A stretch of 11,829 nt of DNA, from contig JANMQY010000136.1 in the NCBI GenBank assembly GCA_031370785.1, forward strand, positions 1-11,829, read 5' to 3'. The notes under the pieces are model-generated. The model did no database searches. It worked only from the letters and a program-made list of their open reading frames with translations, and was not told where the DNA came from. The translations under genes and the position numbers were made by a program. This DNA is from Candidatus Eiseniibacteriota bacterium (GTDB lineage: Bacteria; Eisenbacteria; RBG-16-71-46). Shown here piece after piece: positions 6,838 to 11,829 of the stretch. Within the stretch, counting starts at the first letter, position 1; each line of letters starts with the position of its first letter.

Positions 6838-6887
6838 GATGATCTGCCGTGCCAGGGCCCTTACCGCCACTCGCTGGGATGTGAGGC
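6824..6887 (-). other. Degenerate attC-like site between the GNAT and membrane-protein genes
   Basis: Minus strand GCCTCAC (GCCTAAC with 1 mismatch), then CAGCGAGTG ... CACCCGCTGA, an 8/9 inverted repeat resembling the CAGC/GCTGA L boxes of the attC at 3254. No recognisable R'. Confidence 0.4.
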
Positions 6888-7384
6888 GCACAAGGGGACA
6901 AGGCCAACTCTACACAGGTGCACGGATACCCCTCGTTCGCGCCCGCCCGGGTGTGCACCACCTGAAAGCCCTCGCTCTCGTACAGCCGACGCGCACGCGC
7001 ATTCCCTGCAAGCGCCACCGTCCATGTCTCCGGGCCAATGAGCCGGACACCCAGGCGGAGCAGCCGCCGCCCAATCCCCTGCCCGTAGTAGTCGGGGTCC
7101 ACATAGAGCCAGGAGAGATACGTCCCGTCGATTCCGACGAAGCCGACCACCTGCTCGCCGATGCACGCGACGAACTTGCGGGAGCGCTGAAAGCCCTCGG
7201 CGTCGCCCTGATCTGCTGCCAGTGGGACGAAGGCGCGCGGATCACACGAGCCCCGCAGCTCATCGGGTCGCGCCCGATCATGCACGGCGCAGACTGCCGG
7301 CCAATCGGCATCGCAGTAGGCCCGAATCACGACATGATCAGCGCCTGGTCCGGCGGTCTCACTCTTGTGAGATGGAGAACTCAT
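6824..7384 (-). CDS. GNAT family N-acetyltransferase (likely start GTG 7330)
   Basis: VIRAY.DADW.AVCAVHDRARPDEL, VVGFVGI, LSWLYVDPDYYGQGIGRRLL (acetyl-CoA motif A), GNARARRLYESEGF. Confidence 0.9.
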   Translation of the reverse strand: MSSPSHKSETAGPGADHVVIRAYCDADWPAVCAVHDRARPDELRGSCDPRAFVPLAADQGDAEGFQRSRKFVACIGEQVVGFVGIDGTYLSWLYVDPDYYGQGIGRRLLRLGVRLIGPETWTVALAGNARARRLYESEGFQVVHTRAGANEGYPCTCVELALSPCAPHIPASGGKGPGTADHHDTR

Positions 7385-7775
7385 ACGCCTCTCGCAGGTA
7401 TGGCTTCAGAGCCGAAAGACTCTCCTCATCTCGCAGCTTTGCCACATGAGAAACGTGCTTCCGGTCAGATCCAATCTTGAAAAAGATCGGGTCCTCGATT
7501 CGCCGACCGAGATGGACTGCGACTCGCAGAGCATCGGTCATGATCACCAGATCAGCAAAGATGCGCCCGCTGCGAAGGAGCACGTACCTGTCCCGAGTGA
7601 CGAACTCGATCGGTCCGAGTGTCCTGGCAAACGACTCGAGCGAGGAATAGAGCGCCACGAGTGAATCTGGCCTGCCGCGGAGCACCTCGGAACGATTACC
7701 GGTGCCGCACGCGTGCCTCGGATTCTTGCGGGTGAAACCGCGGCTGCACTTTGGACAGACCCAGGTTGCGCCCAT
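7359..7775 (-). CDS. DUF5655-like protein with N-terminal CxxC..HxC motif
   Basis: WVCPKCSRGFTRKNPRHAC N-terminus, LGPIE, and LREAYE C-terminus, as recalled for this family. Confidence 0.75.
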   Translation of the reverse strand: MGATWVCPKCSRGFTRKNPRHACGTGNRSEVLRGRPDSLVALYSSLESFARTLGPIEFVTRDRYVLLRSGRIFADLVIMTDALRVAVHLGRRIEDPIFFKIGSDRKHVSHVAKLRDEESLSALKPYLREAYEFSISQE

Positions 7776-7780
7776 GGTTG

Positions 7781-7799
7781 GCCTAAGGACCAGTAGGTC
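7781..7799 (-). other. Collapsed attC relic (R''-like and R'-like boxes nearly adjacent)
   Basis: Minus strand GACCTAC-TGGTC-CTTAGGC-CAACC-ATG. Compare ACCTAAC ... GGTC-GTTAGGC, with the next start 5 nt after the core. Confidence 0.4.
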
Positions 7800-8085
7800 G
7801 TTTCAAGAGCCGCTGCAACCGCGCTGTCAGCCAGCTGAGAATGAGCCCATTGAGCACCAGGCCGATGATGACGATGGCGGCCATTCCGCGAAAGCCAAGG
7901 CGCGACATTGGCTCGACGCCGAGCGCCAGGCTCCAGGGTAGCGCGAGAAGCACCAGCTCAATGGCGCCGAGGCCCGGCATTTCGATGGATTGACTCAGCC
8001 GCACGATCGCGATCACCAGCGCCGCCAGCACGAGCAGGAGATAAACGGTCAGCACCCAGTCCGTCCATGGGGGCGTGCGGCTCAT
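7783..8085 (-). CDS. Small 3-TM hypothetical membrane protein
   Basis: Three hydrophobic segments with an LALPWS motif. ATGA overlap with the upstream gene and an AAGGGGAAGG purine tract before the ATG. Confidence 0.75.
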   Translation of the reverse strand: MSRTPPWTDWVLTVYLLLVLAALVIAIVRLSQSIEMPGLGAIELVLLALPWSLALGVEPMSRLGFRGMAAIVIIGLVLNGLILSWLTARLQRLLKRPTGP

Positions 8086-8480
8086 GCCTTCCCCTTCTTT
8101 CGTAGCTCGGCGACACGTGCCCTAACCAGTCGCTTCACGAGAGTCGATGGTGGTGGCTCGGTCAGCGGAAATCGAATCGTCCCTTTCGAGGTCTCGTATC
8201 CCTCGAGCGCGGCCGCATGGGCGCGCGCGAAAGCCCCGCTCAGGGGATAGAGACTGGTGTGGTGTTTCCACGCGGCGTACCACACCAGCAGTTTTCCATC
8301 GAGTCTGAACGCGGGAATTCTGTAGCTGAAACTCTCGGTGACGCCGGGGGCCGCGGCGCGAATGGCCTCACGCATCTTCCTGAGGGCCCTGCGAGCATCG
8401 GGCGGCAACGCCGCAAGGTAGGTTCGCACCTGCAGCCCGGCCTGCTTCGCGTCATTCCTCAGCGATGCCGACGATTTCAC
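8082..8480 (-). CDS. DUF1801 / YdhG-like protein
   Basis: GTG 8480 after [76 protein letters not shown]. The rest of the 467-aa track ORF is antisense shadow of the protease. Confidence 0.9.
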   Translation of the reverse strand: MKSSASLRNDAKQAGLQVRTYLAALPPDARRALRKMREAIRAAAPGVTESFSYRIPAFRLDGKLLVWYAAWKHHTSLYPLSGAFARAHAAALEGYETSKGTIRFPLTEPPPSTLVKRLVRARVAELRKKGKA

Positions 8481-8580
8481 GGTTGGCTCCCTTTGAAGCT
8501 TCCCAAGGTCACCCCGCCTGACTCCGAGGCTTGCCTGGGCGCGTCCTGATGCGGCGGCGACCGACTTCGACTCGGTGCGC

Positions 8581-8586
8581 ATTATA
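8581..8586 (-). promoter_or_regulatory. Candidate sigma70 -10 box for the minus-strand small-gene run
   Basis: Perfect TATAAT on the minus strand about 100 bp upstream of GTG 8480, in GC-rich intergenic DNA. No good -35 at 17 bp. Confidence 0.4.
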
Positions 8587-8704
8587 CGGGGCGCCGAGCG
8601 ATTCACTATTCCCCTCGACAGGGGTTCACCGCCGGGCCTAGGTTGGTGCCCGAGAAAAGGCGGTTCAATTCCGTCCCCGGTTTCGCTCGCCCTGCCCCCG
8701 ATCG

Positions 8705-8733
8705 TTGACCGGCTCACAGGCGCGCCGCACGCT
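8705..8733 (+). promoter_or_regulatory. Weak candidate promoter for the protease gene
   Basis: TTGACC-17 nt-CACGCT, upstream of RBS GGAGGT and ATG 8787. Confidence 0.25.
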
Positions 8734-8786
8734 GAACCGCCATCGCACCGCGATGCGGCCCGCCGCATTTTGTTCCGGAGGTTCTC

Positions 8787-11700
8787 ATGAACCGCTTCCC
8801 TCCACTCCGCCGGGCGCTCCCTCACTTCACTCGTGCTGCGTGGTTCGGTGCCGCGTGTGTGCTGGTCGCGCCCGCTGCACTCCACGCGCAACCCTGTCCT
8901 CCTGCTCCGGGCGTGGCGTTTCCCGAAGCCGCTCGCCGTGTGCTCGAACGCGATCCGAGTGCCTACAAGTTTCAGGACGCGTGGATCGCGCAGACCGAGC
9001 GACTCATGTCCAATCGAAAGGCGCTGGCCGAAGGGCGCCTCAGCCGCGCGCTCGATCCCGAAGCAATCCGGCGCATGACGGTCGTGACCGGCACTCGCAA
9101 CGTGCCGGTGTTCCTGGTCCGTTACAGCAACACCGCCGCGGCGCCGATCACGCGGGCGAACCTGCAGACCGAGTTGTTCGATGGGCCATTCGCAACGGGC
9201 ACCATGACTCAGTACTACAAGCAGATCTCCTACGGCAATCTCGACCTGAATGGAACGGTCTACGACTGGGTGACCGCGGCGAACACCGACGCCTACTACG
9301 AGGGCAACTCGAATGGTCTCGACCCCGCGAGCGCGCCGATTGCCCGCACGGGCGAGCTCGTGACTGAAACGCTCACCCTGAACGATGCCGCCGTCAACTT
9401 CGGTCAGTACGACAACGACGGGGCCGACGGCGTCCCGAACTCCGGCGACGACGACGGTTTCGTGGACTTCGTCGCGATCGTGCAACCCGAAATCGGCGGC
9501 GAGTGTGGAAACACCAACATGTGGTCACACCGCTGGCAACTCAACGGCTGGCCACAGGGCACGTTCACTACCAACGATGCGCGAAGCGGAGGCGGCAGTA
9601 TCCGTATCCGTGACTACGTCATCATGCCGGCGCTGTCGTGCGGTGGCGGTATGATCGAGATCGGCGTCTTCTGCCACGAGTTCGGCCACGCCTTCGGATT
9701 GCCGGACCTTTACGACGGCAGTACCGCCGGGGCGACGTGTCTGACGAGTCCGTCGGCCGGTGTCGGTCACTGGTGTCTGATGGGCTCCGGCAACTGGAAT
9801 ACCCCGTCGCATCCCGGTCACATGTCGGCGTGGGCAAAGGCGCAGCTGGGGTGGATCCTTCCGACCACGGTGACCGCGAATCTCAACAACTGGCCGATCT
9901 CGTCTTCGAGCCTGACCCCGACGGCCTTCAAGATGTGGACCGCGGGCACGCCCGGCACTCAATACTTCCTGGTCGAGCACCGAACGCCGGATGGCTTTGA
10001 TGATCAGTTACACGCGCCCGGCCTTCTCGTCTGGCACGTGGACGAGACCGTGAGCCCAGGAATGGGGTATCCCAACAACGACGAATGCCACAAGAGGCTG
10101 GACCTGGAGTGTTCGGACCAAACCGGCGTGAATCACGCCCTCAACGCCGACAATCTCGACACGAACGCGAACCGTGGCGACGCCACCGACCCGTTCTGTG
10201 ACGGCGACTCGTTTACGCCGGCGTCGAACCCCAGCAGTGTCTCCTACGCCGGCACCGCAACGACCGTGTCCATCACGAACATCGTCGAATGCGCCAGCCG
10301 CACGATGAGGGCCACCCTCGCGGTGGGGATCGATCAGGGCCTGATCAACATCTGCATGCGCGACTGCGGTGGCGATGTGTGCACCGAACCTTCCAACTGT
10401 CCGGTGTGGTGGGAGAGCCCCGAGGTGTACATCGACAACAACGGCGACGGCATCATCGATCCGCCGGCGCCGGGGCTCGCGAACCAGCTGTACGCGCGCG
10501 TGCGCAATGTCGGCACGACGATCGCCTCGAACGTGAATGTCGGTTTCTACTACGCCGATCCGACGCTTGGCCTGCTGTTCCCCTCCACCGGCACACTGAT
10601 CGCCAACACGAGCATCCCGCAGATCGCGGCTTCGAGCTCGGAGCCGGCGGGCGTGGTCTGGAACATTCCGGTGCCGCCACCCAGCATCGACCACTACTGC
10701 GTTGGCGTGATCGCGACGCATGCATCCGATGGGCAGTCCTCGGAGTTTGCGCCGAGCGACGACAATGTCGCCCAGATCAACATCCAGGCGTTGTACGCCA
10801 AGGCGGGCGACGAGGTGCCGCCCACGCCCGGTTCTCCGGGGTTTGCGGCGACGAGCGTGCTGGCGACGGTGTACGAGGACACCAGTCTCGTACGCGTATG
10901 CAATCCGAACCGTCAGAGCTCATGCTCCATGCGTATTCGCATCGGCCACCCGCCGTTCTACAACGACGCGGTCATTCCGGCCGATTGGACCGTCGCGCTC
11001 AGCGATTCCATCGTGTTCCTGGGCCCGGGCCAGTGCGCGACGATCCGCGTGTACGTGCGCGACGTTCATGCGGTGCATGGTGACTTTGCGATCGTTCCGC
11101 TGACGATGCTGTGCAGCAACGAAGTGGTCGTGGGCGGCACGCGGCTCGAGTACCACATCGACAACGTCCGACCGAAGCAGTTGTGCGACTTCACGGCCAT
11201 CAAGAGGACGTTGCCCGGTCACGACAACCAGCCCGGCGAACGGGCCATCCAAGTGTCGTGGAACGAAGGGTTCTCCGATGTGCTCGGTTTTCCCGAGCGA
11301 ATCCAGCGCTGGCGGCTGTACAACGGCACTTCGGCGACCTTCCTGCCCTCGCCGGCCAACCTTGTGCGTGAGACCTGCATTGACGAGGAGCCGGGGAACT
11401 CCACCCGGGATGTCTTCCTGGACATCCCGCCGGACGCGAGCCGCGGGTGGTACAAGCTCGTGGCCGTGGATCGCGCCGGAAACGTGTCGGACACCTGCGT
11501 GACGCAAGTGCAGACCGTGCCCGTCCCGGCCGACGTGCCGAGCGCCGCATACACTCGGGTGACGCTCGCGCCAGCGATGCCCAATCCGTTCCGCGCGGCC
11601 ACCGTGTTGCGCTTCACCCTGACCCGGTCGGGCTCGGCACAGCTCGATGTGTTCTCGGTGGACGGGCGGCGGGTACGGGAACTCGTGCGCGGGTCGCGGG

Positions 11701-11829
11701 CGGCGGGTGAAAACTTCGTGACCTGGGACGGCCGTGACGAAACGGGTCAGGCGGTAGCGCCCGGGGTCTACGTCGCGAGGCTCATCGTCGGAGACCAGGT
11801 TCGGACCACCCGCATGCAGCTGGTGCGGT
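8787..11829 (+). CDS. Secreted M6-family (immune inhibitor A-like) zinc metalloprotease with Ig/CARDB-like and FN3-like modules and a FlgD-Ig/T9SS-like C-terminal domain; stop just outside the window
   Basis: GGAGGT RBS, signal peptide, [52 protein letters not shown] (His codon at 9675), [37 protein letters not shown]-terminus [38 protein letters not shown]. 1014 codons plus a final T. Missing from the ORF track. Confidence 0.95.
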   Translation, partial: MNRFPPLRRALPHFTRAAWFGAACVLVAPAALHAQPCPPAPGVAFPEAARRVLERDPSAYKFQDAWIAQTERLMSNRKALAEGRLSRALDPEAIRRMTVVTGTRNVPVFLVRYSNTAAAPITRANLQTELFDGPFATGTMTQYYKQISYGNLDLNGTVYDWVTAANTDAYYEGNSNGLDPASAPIARTGELVTETLTLNDAAVNFGQYDNDGADGVPNSGDDDGFVDFVAIVQPEIGGECGNTNMWSHRWQLNGWPQGTFTTNDARSGGGSIRIRDYVIMPALSCGGGMIEIGVFCHEFGHAFGLPDLYDGSTAGATCLTSPSAGVGHWCLMGSGNWNTPSHPGHMSAWAKAQLGWILPTTVTANLNNWPISSSSLTPTAFKMWTAGTPGTQYFLVEHRTPDGFDDQLHAPGLLVWHVDETVSPGMGYPNNDECHKRLDLECSDQTGVNHALNADNLDTNANRGDATDPFCDGDSFTPASNPSSVSYAGTATTVSITNIVECASRTMRATLAVGIDQGLINICMRDCGGDVCTEPSNCPVWWESPEVYIDNNGDGIIDPPAPGLANQLYARVRNVGTTIASNVNVGFYYADPTLGLLFPSTGTLIANTSIPQIAASSSEPAGVVWNIPVPPPSIDHYCVGVIATHASDGQSSEFAPSDDNVAQINIQALYAKAGDEVPPTPGSPGFAATSVLATVYEDTSLVRVCNPNRQSSCSMRIRIGHPPFYNDAVIPADWTVALSDSIVFLGPGQCATIRVYVRDVHAVHGDFAIVPLTMLCSNEVVVGGTRLEYHIDNVRPKQLCDFTAIKRTLPGHDNQPGERAIQVSWNEGFSDVLGFPERIQRWRLYNGTSATFLPSPANLVRETCIDEEPGNSTRDVFLDIPPDASRGWYKLVAVDRAGNVSDTCVTQVQTVPVPADVPSAAYTRVTLAPAMPNPFRAATVLRFTLTRSGSAQLDVFSVDGRRVRELVRGSRAAGENFVTWDGRDETGQAVAPGVYVARLIVGDQVRTTRMQLVR

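Noticed and set aside
6155..7345. Shared 10-mer GATCAGCGCC at 6155 and 7336, and a TCTCAC/GTGAGA hairpin at 7357-7372
   Set aside because: These could be attC L' relics but are too short to distinguish from chance.
8481..11710. Numerous track ORFs overlapping the protease, including the N-terminal 335 aa of the 467-aa ORF
   Set aside because: They are antisense or off-frame shadows of a GC-rich gene whose real frame starts at 8787.
1..11829. CRISPR array, tRNA/rRNA, integron integrase
   Set aside because: No regularly spaced direct repeats, structural RNA signatures or tyrosine-recombinase motifs were seen.

Overview
GC-rich bacterial DNA. Two secreted proteins carry FlgD-Ig/T9SS-like C-terminal sorting domains, a style seen in FCB-superphylum relatives such as Ca. 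Eisenbacteria (taxonomy is inference). The left end holds a kaiC-kaiB operon on the minus strand: a KaiC2-type protein with a long coiled-coil tail, then kaiB cut by the window edge. About 6.5 kb of mostly decaying accessory DNA follows. In order: a truncated receiver domain, a frameshifted XRE-HTH remnant, an internally deleted IS481-family element with intact 25-bp TIRs sitting at the core site of an integron attC, a frameshifted Cys-rich cassette, an intact secreted glucose/sorbosone (PQQ) dehydrogenase-family gene, a fused OLD-type ATPase/comM 3' relic, and a co-oriented minus-strand run of six small cassette-like genes (membrane proteins, GNAT, DUF5655, DUF1801) with eroded or collapsed attC-like junctions. 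No integron integrase is visible. The right end is a ~1014-codon M6 (immune inhibitor A) metalloprotease that the ORF track misses. No complete new system is proven. The best leads are the IS481-in-attC junction with mismatched target sites, the apparent fixation of a cassette array by attC loss next to a comM relic, and the non-cyanobacterial KaiBC.
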